This document shows positions 48,674 through 61,567 of a DNA stretch of 64,000 nt, piece by piece (positions within the stretch are counted from its first letter, which is position 1; every line of letters starts with the position of its first letter). Below the pieces are notes generated by a model that was not told the DNA's origin, ran no database searches, and saw only the letters and a list, made by a program, of their open reading frames with translations. This DNA is from Lingula anatina (Eukaryota; Animalia; Brachiopoda). The DNA lies in the NCBI GenBank assembly GCA_051362555.1, contig CM120642.1:1178001-1242000 (forward strand). The letters are read 5' to 3'. A program made the translations under genes and the position numbers.

Positions 48674-50857
48674 ATCAGTCCACAATCTTTGACTTCCCAC
48701 GACTTTACCAACACCAAACCTTGATTTCGTATGTTCTTAGTTTAGAATTCACAAAGTCTTTTCATGGCTAAAATAAGACCTGCTGTATGTGAATCATGCA
48801 CAACTTTTATCTGTGTAGTATTCTCGTCTTCATACGCAATTTAATGTACATGTAGTTGATATCTTCGATGAGAAATCTTTATTTTTGTTTACGAGACTGT
48901 CGTTTATATATCAAATAATCATAATCACCTGCTTACACAGTGTATATCACCTGACAGTTAAATGGGTTCAGTGTAATTGATTTGTAGAGACTTTTCACAC
49001 TGCGATTCACTGATTACACGTCAAAGGAGACGATAACACCGTTGTATTTTGTGATTGAAATTTAAGATTCCCAAAATAAATGTAAAATGCACGAAATTAT
49101 AGTTGTGATCTTTTACATCTTTATTGCATCAGCGTGTTTTATTTCCAAGTTCTTATTGTAACAATCGGTGCTTTAAGTGTTCCATAATATATGCCAGTGG
49201 AAATTTTCATCGCAAAAAATCCGTATTTTTAAGATAATTAAATATAATTTGGTAGACTGATAACTAATGAATGATAACATTAAATAATTCTCGAAGGTGG
49301 AAGCTCAAAACCTTTTTCTCAACCAAGATTATGACAACAAAACTGACGGATAATATGAAATATGGATTTTCCTTCACTGTTTTACTAAACTACGACAAGT
49401 TCTTATTGAAGATTAAAAATCTAAAAAAAGGGATGCTTAAAATATGCGATATGGAAAGCAACTTCTTAGACTAATGATACTTGTATTAGATTTTCTCAAC
49501 TTACATTTTCTCAACTTAGAGCACTTGAAAAAGCGGTGAATACTTAAAAGTATGCATAGATATCAATGCAGAGAGAAGGCGTATAGCGCAAGATATTATG
49601 TTAATTTCGTGTACAAATAAGAGAATTGTTAGCAAAAACATTTTCAGTTCTAAGAACTCGGAAAACTAGGAGATGGGGAGAGTTTTGATTTAGATGGGCA
49701 GGTTGGGTGAAAAAGGGCCCCTAAATCTTGAGACTCCTTACGAAAATGGGAGGGTTGATAATTGATATCTGGTAGATGATTTTTAATAGCCCGTTATGGG
49801 AAAGGAATACAAAACTCACAAGTTTGGGAATTATATATTTTAAATTTTAGGGAGTATATATTTTGAAATTCCAGCAGAAAAGAGTTGGTTCTTTTCATTA
49901 ATCTACCTCTCAACGTTCCACGATCTTTTTTCTTTATTTCCAAATCACTACCGAGAAGCTAGTTGTATACGCGGTTTACAGCTGAAGCTTTTTAACCTTC
50001 ATAAAAGTTTACATTGTTTCTTAAAATGTGAGCTTGTTCTTTGCACCTATTGATCGTCCGTCACAATATATTAACATGGGTGGGGTCTACTTACTCCCAG
50101 AAAACATCATCAACTACTATATACGTGTTAAATCTGCCATTCTGTTAACTACCTTGTAACGCATTCCAAAGTCAACGAAATTAATGCAAAACTATCATTA
50201 ATTACCGCTACGTCAATTAGCTTTTGGAGACCACCACCGTGAAGTTCTGAGCCAATCAAACTCGATAACAGTGCGTCACATCTGCGTTCTTCCCACCCCT
50301 CCAGCCGACACCGTGCAATCCACTTGATAATACTGGTTCTGGTGGTTACCTTTTGATCGACCAACGATGACATCTTCTAGATGCGCGTGTCCATTATGAT
50401 GGTGCTCAGATAAGGGCGACATCGCATTGGACGGGGCCCGAGTCGAGGATAGTTAATGGAAAGAAGAGCTGAGACCCCCGGCAGTGTGTTGTAAACTGTT
50501 TGTTGGAGGGTTACAAGAAGCGATCACATCGCCTCTTCTCGCTGCTGGGGTTTTCTTTCACCTGAAGGCAGACGATCACTGGCTACCGTGGCAGACGACA
50601 CAAAACCACGCAGACGACCCTTGCACAGCGCTGGACATTAGTTACACATTTCGCTTGCAGTAATTGCTGTTAACATGAGCTTTGATTTTGACTGGAAAAA
50701 CAGAATATCAGAGATAATCGTGTAATTGAAACGCTGAAATTCAACAATAGCGTCTCTATTTGCATTTGCGTATTTGAGAAAAGTCCAATCTGATCACTTA
50801 GAGAGGTCACTGAGAATACACAAATCACGGGAACGAAACGAGCAACCTCCAGTAAAA

Positions 50858-53800
50858 ATGGGTAAGTTTTCTTATTTCACCTTATTTATAAAATAATATT
50901 TACTTTTTTTCAAACTTTTTTCAAAATCAGCACTTAATTTTACCATTCGTATGCCATTACTAAAAATTATCTAAATAATAAAAACCCATTTGTCTTTACT
51001 AGAATAGTATTTTAAAATATTTTTAAATTCACAAAAAAAAAAAAATGCGAAAGGCGGTGATAATAGTAAGGCGGAACTTAAAGCAGAAAAAAGAGGTGCC
51101 GAAAAAAGACCATATATATCATCGAATATGTGAGGACATCTTAAATTTAGCTTTTCGACAATGATTTTGATCGTCTTCAATTCAGTCCAAATTAAGAAAT
51201 TAATCATTTGGCAAAATAATTAGCTTTTTGGTCTATTAAACAAACACAATATTTTATCACGGGGCATGACAACAGACTGGCCTTGGATCAAAGATGAGTA
51301 AAATTTTGGTCTAAAACTTCAGTCTAATTTTCTGGCAAAATTACTTGTGTAAAACTGGTCGTTGATCTGGTCACTAAAAGGGATAATTTAAAATTGGGAC
51401 TGGACATATAGTCAGTGTGCAGCTGGACGCTTGGCCCTACAACGTCAATTATCTTCAAAATCGTTATTATGCTTCATTTAGTTTTGCCAGGAAAACACTA
51501 GGACCTACGAAGCAACCCTTGTAAAATATTCAAAGTTGGTCATGACAAATTTTTGAGAGTACGATCACAATATTGGAAAAAATTAGGGATAGTAGGCCTA
51601 TAAAGCGAAAAACGTAATGATCATTGTAGTCTGATCTCACGACAGTGAAGTGATCAATCAAAATGCACCGTTGAAATTATTTCACATAGATTTACTAGGC
51701 GAATATTAGGAACTACGAAACATACCGTGTCTCCTTGTATTGAGGATATTTAAATTATGATTACATTTCAATAAAAAAGTGAGAGTATAAAGCGGTAGGC
51801 GTAGTGATCATTGAAGTCTGATCTCACGTAGGTGAAGTGATAAATCCGCGATAAGTCTCGTGTTGTGAGCAGACGACAGCTGGTGTAAGATAGTCTGCTA
51901 TCACCTTTGACAGCGACGTGATCGTTTGGTGTGACGAGAGAAAGATAAATCTTGAAAGTCGGTTAGGACAGAGACATTTTTTATGTGCTCTCTTCAATAC
52001 ATCAATTTATTTATATACATTTAAGAAAACCTTTCTTCCTATCTTTGTCTTACTTAAAACCACCGTTTCGTCCTTGCAGAGGTGTTATGTTGAATGTAAA
52101 TATCTGTAATAAAAGGTGACAGAGAATTATCTGAGTATTAACTGAGGAAAAGACGACAGCTTGAACCCTTTCTGAGACAAGGCGCGTGCAGAGTGACTCC
52201 AACGTTCCGCGATCGGATTGCCGGGCTCAGACTGTTCTTGGAGTCGCTTTTTCAGTTGAACATTGCTCTGAAAAAAAGAGAAAATCGTTTCCAGATCAAA
52301 ATCTTTTGTTGCACTGCCTTCCTGCGATTTATCACAAATAAGAATTCTCAAGAGGTACTGTTTTATTGAAGAAAAAGGGAGGAAGGTAGCCCACATGTGA
52401 CACCTTTATGTTGGAAAGGTCGTAGAAAAGTCTTCTTTTATTCATAATTCACTTTGCTAAAATTCGATTCTTTGTTTATTGGGTTGACTACCACCTTCTC
52501 GTGTGATGGAGTTAAAAAGTTCAGACACCGAGACATTGATATGTCTTTTATAAACATTGAAATTACCTCAGCACGAGCACAATGACTCTCATGCTTGCAA
52601 ACTGTAGTCTATGACTATGAATATGTGCAATGATATTGAAAACAAGAGGTATACACGTACTGTTAAAAACGAAATCTATTTTCGTAGCTCATGCTGACCA
52701 ATGTGACAAAAATCTATATAACATTACACTATGCATTGCTGATAATTTTCATTTAAACTGTCAACTCCATTCCTGACAAAAAGTAACGAAAAACAGTTTT
52801 ATTATATCGGAAGTTGTTGTAGAGTATCAAAAATCAACTGTAGGTCATATGCGGCACGCGAGCGACTGTCACCCCCACAGGAAACAAAAGGTGCCAGCAA
52901 CAACCAAGTGGCTGATACCTGCATGGTTAAGTGACTACAATCTGAACACTTAAGTGTTTGAAATCTACACAGTTAAGTCTGAGCTCAACAGATTACGCAC
53001 TTGACAAGAAAAACACGTGCGTTTTACGGCCAGGTGAAAAAGGGGGCGTATAAAAGAATCAAATCGTTCAGAGACAGGCCAAACAACACGGTTGCATTCT
53101 AAGTCGTGTTAATCGCTCCTGTATCAACAACTGGTCCTCCGAACGTCAAGGTGTGAAACCGGTTTTTAAAAAGTCATGAAGCAAGTGGTTTATCGCTCCC
53201 CCCTGTATTTAGTTCTCGACTAGACCATTGTTTGTCCAAGCCGTGCTAACAAAAGTTTAGCGAACAGCCCGGTTGATGTTTGCACTACCGGACTAGTTTG
53301 TATGTCTGTTCCTTCACCAGCTGTTATGCGGTATTATGTCACTTTACTAGTAGAACAGCGACGGGAAAAGTAAGAAGAAGAGTTGTAGAATTTCAAAATT
53401 CAACTCAAAGTAGGTTCGATCATGCGGTATCAAGATTTCTCAGGTAAGATTACAGGAATCGTAGTTTGTTTCCGTGAGCGTTTCAATTACTTTTGTGTTA
53501 ATTAATTTCCCAAATTGACGTTTAACCTCTTTCATCAATTTGGTGAGTGACGCGTTTGAAATTCCATAGAAACTAAAAGCTTCTTTTTCAACTCTTTCGT
53601 CAAAAAACCAAAAAAAAAGAACGTGTCCGCCGGTTTTAAAATTCCACAAATATTTCACAGATCGACGATGCTTTGAAGTATAATAATACGCACGTTTCAT
53701 GATTTGTTTGGATTTGTTTTCTCTGTCTTGTTATTTCAATATAAAAGATCACAACTCTATGGCCCAGAGATAACTCACGTTCATAAATACACAGTGCAGG

Positions 53801-56800
53801 AAGATACTGAAATTCAAAATAATTGTTGCTCGGTCGGCTGGTCTTAATTGATAGGACGTGAAATAAGAAAACCTATCAGTTAGTATCCGAAGTTATGAAC
53901 CAGCTGAAATCTGTCTTCAGCCTTTTGCCCCATCGTCAATTAATCGGTGCCATGCCTAAATATGACCTTTAATGAATATTTATTATAAATAGCCGCTTGT
54001 TTAAATGCCGCAAAGAAACGATTATAGAAATTCAAAAGATATCAACTGATGCCGTTATTACCGTAATTTTTTTCCTAAACACCTTTGGTTTGAAATACAC
54101 TGGAGATCTTTATTAGTATAATTGTTAAATTTTTAAAGGAATTTGAGACAGTAAAGAAGGTATAGTAATCAGAGATTGAAAACGATTTTAGTATGAACAC
54201 GCCAAAGATTTAATCATTTATTTATTTTCATTCCACAGAGAGCCTCCATCGAAAGCCCGAAGTCTTGTGCTTGGTTTGCGGGGACAAGGCTTCAGGCAAG
54301 CACTACGGGGTACAAAGTTGTGACGGTTGTCGAGGCTTCTTTAAACGCAGTATCAGACGCAACCTGGAGTACGTATGTAAGGAGAACGGGAACTGTGTGG
54401 TAGACGTGGCCAGGAGAAACCAGTGCCAAGCCTGCCGTTTTAGAAAATGTTTGGAAGTTAAAATGAACAAAGATGGTATGTTATGTTATTTTGTGATAAT
54501 TGTCTATAAAAGGTTCTCTAATTAAATCATTTTTTCATACAGGCCATACTGGTTTAAGCTTGTAGTTTAATCTCCACATTTTTTATTTCAAATTTTCATT
54601 AACCAGATAACGCAACATTTAATCTTTATAATTCCATTACATTTTTACCAAAATCATTTTAGCACAAAAGCAACAACAACAACAATAATAATAATAAAAT
54701 AATAATAATAATAATAATAATAATACTATCTATCTATTTTCAACCAAAGTAGGATCATACGTTTATTTAATTATGCACAGTAATACACTCATCTTTTAAC
54801 ATTAAACTGCCCTTCAATATTCTATTGTGGCAAACCATTGGTGTATCATTTCCAGTTTTCCTGCCAAGTAACTCACAATATATAACCGCACCGTGCCCCC
54901 AATTCTCACATCCCCGAAACCAGGTTATTTCAGTATTTCCCCAAACACAACAATATTCATTTTGCGAAATAATTAACCTCTTTCAGTGATACATCACAGG
55001 GTTCTATTAAACGGTTTTCAGAGCTTTTCAGTGGTTTTGAGCGGCTAAGCCTTTCACTAGGTGAGATAGATGTACAATTGTGATAACCCAAATAAGTGGG
55101 TGTGTCCAAAACTCCTCCAGATCAATTGCTGACCTGCGTCCGAGGTATCAGAGCGCGTAATCGACAAGATTCTTATCATAACTGCCCAAATTTTATGTAA
55201 TCAAGTGTAACTCGAGCGGGCAATGGACGCATTGTTGACCTCTCGAAACGCTGCTCCGGGCCATGTTGACTTTAACACCTTCCGACCAAGGTAGCGTCTT
55301 TGTCCGCGTAGCATCACTGGTGTGAGAGGTCAGAAAATTAAGCGGCTATTGTGGTTCTACATCAGAGCTGTTACCTGATGTGTTGTTGTGTGTGAATTCA
55401 GTTTGTACATACCTGTAATTAAGCACGTGTGGTGTGCTTGACACGCTATTCTCGCCTCCTAGTTGTCACCTGGCAGAAATGCGTGGCAATTATTTGAACG
55501 GGGAGGAGTAAATTTTGGCAATCATTTTACAGTTCTTTGCGTTCTTTAAATAAGCTTAATTAAACTTTTAAACTGGAATTTTGACAGGCATAAACTGAAC
55601 GGTGGAACTTCACGTTTTACGTATTTTAATTGAATTGAGATACAAAAGGTGAAACAGATTATATAGACATTTGTAAAATTGATGCATTAATTATCCTTCA
55701 CTCAAGCTTGAAAAAAGGAAGATAAAAACATAAAGGAATGAACTTAAACTAATGATCAAAACTGAAGTGACATCACATCGAATATATACTTTCAATGCTA
55801 TGTCTTACATACCTGAAGACCTTTTTAAATGATGATTAATACATTCATTAGCGACATGTGTTTTTTGAACGACTTTCGTTTAAATCTTTATTGAGCCCAA
55901 GTCATTTGTAAATCGCATTTGCATTTTCAGATATCATTTTAATGTATTTTGGACATTAATTTGATATATGTCCAGGAAAACGTGCCTCTTTAAATGGGGA
56001 ACGGGAACTCATTGCCACATGTTGGAAAGAATCGTATAAAATTACAACGAAACCTAGGATTAATCAGCGTGCTTGGAGCGTAATAACGAATAGAAATGTG
56101 CGAGAACCGAGCAACTGGTCTTGTTTTAGTCGTCTATTTGTTCGCCTATTGCCTTTCACCAAAACTATAGATCGGAAACCACTCTGCCTGCTGATCTATT
56201 GTGAGGAAACGGGAATGTCGCCAACTGTTCTTGTCATTTCTCCTCATTTTGAAGTTAGTTTTGTTTTCTTAGCCTGCCACTTTTTGATCAATAATCTCAG
56301 CAACGGCAGCCCACTGCGCCCCCTTCATCCACAGATCAATGGCGACTGAGCGCGTTTCCTCATTAGACTTTCAAATGTCTCCGTTTTAATCAATCCGTCG
56401 AGTAGAACGCGCGCTACCTTTACCTGGCTGAGCAAACAGCGCGCTGTTGACACAACCGCGTGTGTGCTCAAAAATCAAACTCTCATTAACACTCGCGCTA
56501 TTAATGTCATTAGGAAATGATAACGCTTCGATTTTCCGCCACTTAACTTAAGTCTCTGATCATTATTGTTAAGGCACATGTCGCACACAACTCGATGAAT
56601 TCCCAGAATTTGTTGTTCTCCAGGATATATTTAACTAAATCTCAGGAAGTTAATAATTAATTATGAGCGTCCAGAGGAGATCTGCTCATCAGAGGAGGCT
56701 TGCTTTGATATGTTTTTCTTCTTTTTTATATGAAGGGGGGAGTTTCAGCACCAGTAGTAGCAAATCTTATCAGATACAGACGTTCTTTTTTTAACCATTA

Positions 56801-59800
56801 AAAAGATATAAACAAAACCTCATAATCTAGTGTATTGCCCAATGTTCTCGTTTAAAACAATACATTGTCAATGACCGAGGTTGAGAAAAGGAATAATATC
56901 TATCTTAACTAAGCAGTTTAATTGATCAAATATGTTGTAAAATTTCAATTTAACTATTAATAGAGTAAAAGCAGGGAAAGTTGCTCGTTACTTGGTGCTC
57001 TTAACTAGGCTTAGGGACCTCACCTACCGTCCTAACAAATAGTGCATTCTGAATTGATTATCATTAATTGGAACTTTTTGAGTCAGCTCCGATGACTTCA
57101 CCAGCTGATCTGTTCTCAGGGCCCCAGGAGAGAGCTGGTGAAAATTTGATCTTGTTCTCGTGGTAGCTTCAGGAAAATCATTTACAATGGCACTTCCGTC
57201 TTCGGATGAGTAGCTCTGATATTGATTGGCATCAGAAATGCCTTGTCATTGCAGCCTTTCGACGGATCACTTTGGGTAAAGCTTTTTTTATTTGAAACAG
57301 GAACAAACTTTTTCTCTCTTTTTTAGAGGTGATTATTGTAGTGATTTTTAATTATCACAAGCTTCCAAAAGCTTGACTTGCTTTGGAAGTAGACATTATA
57401 ATTATTCATACGCGAGGCCCATTAAGACTCTATACTCTTGCCCAGGTGGGGTATACACAAAAACGCACTGTGAGAACTAAAGGAAAACACTCGGGCGGGT
57501 TTAGGTTATCAAGAAAAGACCAGGTCTAAATTTTTGATGGCCAAACCCCCTCTGCCCCCCCCCCACCCCTGATCCCACCGCTCACCGACATGCAATCACC
57601 AGTGAAAACAAAAACATTACAGAAAACTGCCTTTTCAGTCAATATGCACTCGATTCGAAGAAATGTGGCCAACGCCCATGGTTTTTTAATCAATCATCCA
57701 AAACGGAGAACGTTTGGGTCAAGCTAATTGAAGTGGACTTACACCCCATTTCCATAGATTAGATCGACCTACTTTGGATCGACCTAACTCCCTGGGGGTT
57801 CGCGCTGAATAGCTGTCAGCCGGGCGGACACAAAAGTTAATTGCCCCTTACGGCTTGTAGTGGGCGGGGATGGACACTTAAGGGGATTATCTGACGGTAG
57901 TCTGATGAGACTCCCCGCGGTGATAGATCGATCTAAAGTTGTGGGAATAGACCCTTAGGTACGTCCGCGTTGCTGCCAGAAAATATCCCTTGCCCTCGCG
58001 TGGAGGGACTTAACCCGTGCAGTAATTAAACATTTATCGGTAGCAACGTTTAATTAGTAGTGTTTTAATCCGCAACCCGGTGTCAAAGAGGGAGATTAGC
58101 CGCCAAATTAGCTCGGCTCGCCGGGTAACGGTGTACTCGATAGACTGAAGAGATGTGCTTGAACGATATAACAGACAATCAGCCGTTTCCTGGAGAATTG
58201 ATTTTTCCGATACGAGATCTTTTAGCTCCGCTCAAAAGAACGCAAGTTTGTCTATTAGCATGTGTAAAGTGTTAATATTTTAATAGCGCATTGATTAATG
58301 TCACTCCAGCGCGAAGTGCATTAATGAACGTGCAAATAGCGTCAGCTGGGGAAAGATTGACTTCTTCTCGCGCGCTACTCCTCGTGCTATCTCGCGTTGC
58401 CATGGAGACGATCGAAGGGCACCGCTGTGTTTTTTACACTTCAGTTAGATGAAAGTGCTTATTATAAAAAGGATACAATTGCTTTGAATATTCCCATACT
58501 CGAGGTAATCTGTGAAATAATTAAGATTAACTATCGCAACTTAAACATCTCGTTCACCGTTATTGATGAATGATTTGAGAAATAATCTACTCGCCTTTAG
58601 TGCAAGACATTTACTAAGCCATAAATCAAATTTGTTTTTTTAACGAAAACTGCTAAAGATTATCTGTGCGCAGAGCTGGAAAATTGACATGCAGGAGTTG
58701 AATTGTAAAAGCATACAATGATCGTAAGACATAAAAATAGCAAAGTTTAAAATATAAATTTGGACGATTCCCCCCTAGTCAACAAGGCATACCCTATCTA
58801 CAGCTGTTTAGAAAATTACGATCATGACATCCGTTTTCAATTTCTCATTCACTTTTGTAATGAAGTGACTCTTCAAAAACTTATAAAGGGGTCTATGTAT
58901 TTTTTATTTTAGCTGTTTTTTTTTTTTTTTTTGTTTTTTTTTTAGTATAACTTCAAATTTACGCTCTTGCTATTCATCTCACGCTAAGGGAATAAAGTAA
59001 ATTAATTTGAATTTATAAAATTTTTATTCCTTCAGCTGTTCAGCACGAGCGAGCCCCCAGATGCTACCAATATAAACGCGACAGTCCAGACATAATGAAG
59101 TCCGCAGACGACAGTCCCTTCCCGCCATCCGCCTTCCTGGACAGAACGCGGTAAGTCAAAACTTTACGTCTGCATTGCGCTATAGCGAAAGCGTTTATTC
59201 TGTGATTGTCACAATTTTTCTCCCATTTCAAAATCCAAACAATAATTTGGATAAACGCTCGACATAAAAAATTACTTCGCGAATCAATTGCGTACAATTT
59301 TTTCAGATGTCAAAATTAAATCAAAATACTTTGCCATTTAAGTACACTATGAAGTCGTTGTTATTTCAAAATCAAAACAATAAATTGTCATTTCATGACA
59401 GGAGTAATGAAATATTTGTCAAATACATCCTCTTTTATGTTTAAAACCTCCATTCTTGATGTTTCAGATTTGAGTATACACAGTTTCATCAGTACAGTCC
59501 CCCCATTGGCCTCACGCCAGACTTCGGTTACCATGGCTCCCAACTTTATCAACCGTCAGCGTTAAACATGATCTCTGACATTAAAAGGACATCATCAGTG
59601 GTCAGTTTGCCCAAGGAGAACGCTCAACTGGACAAGTCCAGTTCGGCATCTTCAGCTTCACAGAGGAACGAACAAGAGTTAAGCGTTGAAAAGAAAGAGA
59701 GGATGACGAAAAATGACGAAGACAGCCGCCCATGTTCAACTGTTTCGTCACGTTCGGGTGATCTGAATGACGACAGAAAAAGTGAGTCTAGTCCTTTAAT

Positions 59801-61567
59801 CTTGTTAGTGAACGTAACTGATAATATAAGTTTCTTTTGGTTCTATGCATCAATTTGTGTTTTTTAAACTGTGTTAAGTTTTAAATCATTCGTGTATATG
59901 CCTAAACAATTGCCAATCTGCCATACTTGTCACTGATCTTAAACTACTTAAAGACGTTATTTAGATTTAAGAAATTAAATCTCGATGTTAAAGAAAACTT
60001 AATCATGTAGAATTTTACAATGTGTGACTTAGCCTACTACATGTAGCGATAACTAAAAAAAATAAAAAGAACGAAAGCAGGAATTGATGGTATCTGTATT
60101 TGGAACGTGTCTGTCATAGGAATCGTAGTTATTTATATTTGATTGGCTTTTTAAACAGGTGCAGAACCAAAACAAGAGAAGAAGTCCAGTTTGTCAGTTT
60201 CTCCTTCCATCTCATCTCCGCCCACACACCTTACAGTGCCATCTTCACACGTCACATCTTCTGCGGACCACGTCACCAGTTTGCGTGCACACGTCACAGC
60301 CACGGCCCCGTCATTTCTCACCCACCCTATTCAGTTTCCGTCCCTGCCAATATTAGAACAGAACATGTATATGACTGCTGCCGCTGAAAATATCTACGAA
60401 GCTGCGGCAAGACTGTTGTTTATGTCGGTGAAATGGGCCAGAAATATTCCGTCCTTTCTCCAGTTGCCGTTCAGAGATCAAGCAATCCTGCTGGAAGAGT
60501 CTTGGAGTGAGCTCTTCATTCTCAGCGCTGCCCAGTGGTCAATGCCCATTGATATAGGTAAGATACATATGACGTTTTAAAATCTTAATTTTTGACATTT
60601 TTATAATGCTGTTAAAACCGAATGAGCTTTTCGTTGGACGAGTTGAGAATGTGGTCTTTATAATATCTCTTCATTTAATAAACACTGCTCGAAATTGATA
60701 TTTTTACTCACATTTTAAGATCAACATGAACTGCATTCTCTTATCTATTTTAATTTTTGAAAAAATACTGCAAAGGAACGAAACAATGGAAACATATTCC
60801 CTTAATAAATAAATGCCACATCTTTATATTCTAGGCACTTTGTTAGGAACAAACAGCCTAGACACACGGCAAGTGGACAAGTCGTCTCTGATATTACAAG
60901 TACGGGCACTGCAAGATATTCTGACACGGTTCAGTCAGCTGCGGGTGGATTCCACAGAGTACGCCTATCTGAAAGCATTGGTTCTGTTCAAATCTGGTAA
61001 GTGAAGAGGTCCTTGTAATATAATAATAATAAAGTTGCTACTTACTTAACTGCCATGGGGCATGTAGTCTATGTAAGCAGAATATCATGTCGTTTAAGAA
61101 CTCCGTAAGAATTGGCAGTAGCGTGAGTGCGGTGTGAATTGTGTTAGTTGCGACATTCACGGATTGCACCACTTTGGTACAATGAGGTCGCGTTAGTTGA
61201 GACTGTGTTAACGCAATGGCGCAAGAATCTGATAGCGTTTTTAAATCATTTATTTTAACTAATGATCTTTATTCTACTTCCTCATATCATTCTTATGAAC
61301 GCTATAATTTTTTGTTTTATTCTAGAGGTGCGCGGACTACGAGACTCTCTCCAAGTGGAGGCACTGCAAGACCAGGCGCAGCTGATGCTTCAAGACTACT
61401 GCCTCACCCAGCAACCAGGGAGCAAGGTGCGCTTCGGGAAAGTGTTGTTACTGATGCCCGCCGTACGCACGGTCAGCCCACGAACCATAGAGGATTTGTT
61501 CTTCCGCCGAACGATCGGGAGTATCCCCATAGAGCGATTGTTGTGTGACATGTTCAAGTCAAGCTAG
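50858..61567 (+). CDS. NR2E6: Nuclear receptor subfamily 2 group E, PNR-like (NR2E6-type, P-box CDGCRG), 490 aa
   Basis: Exons 50858-50861, 54239-54475, 59036-59150, 59468-59781, 60159-60557, 60835-60996 and 61326-61567 total 1473 nt with an open frame. C4 [35 protein letters not shown]-box [24 protein letters not shown]...[16 protein letters not shown]-2 [12 protein letters not shown]2E membership is secure; the exact orthologue label is less so. Confidence 0.85.
54672..54725. repeat. (AAC)n/(AAT)n microsatellite
   Basis: Read directly, in NR2E intron 2. Confidence 0.85.

Noticed and set aside
44111-48700. Many antisense and alternative-frame ORFs (up to 236 aa) over the chitin-binding exon
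   Set aside because: They are shadows of a repetitive, codon-biased CDS, for example poly-Val opposite poly-Thr.
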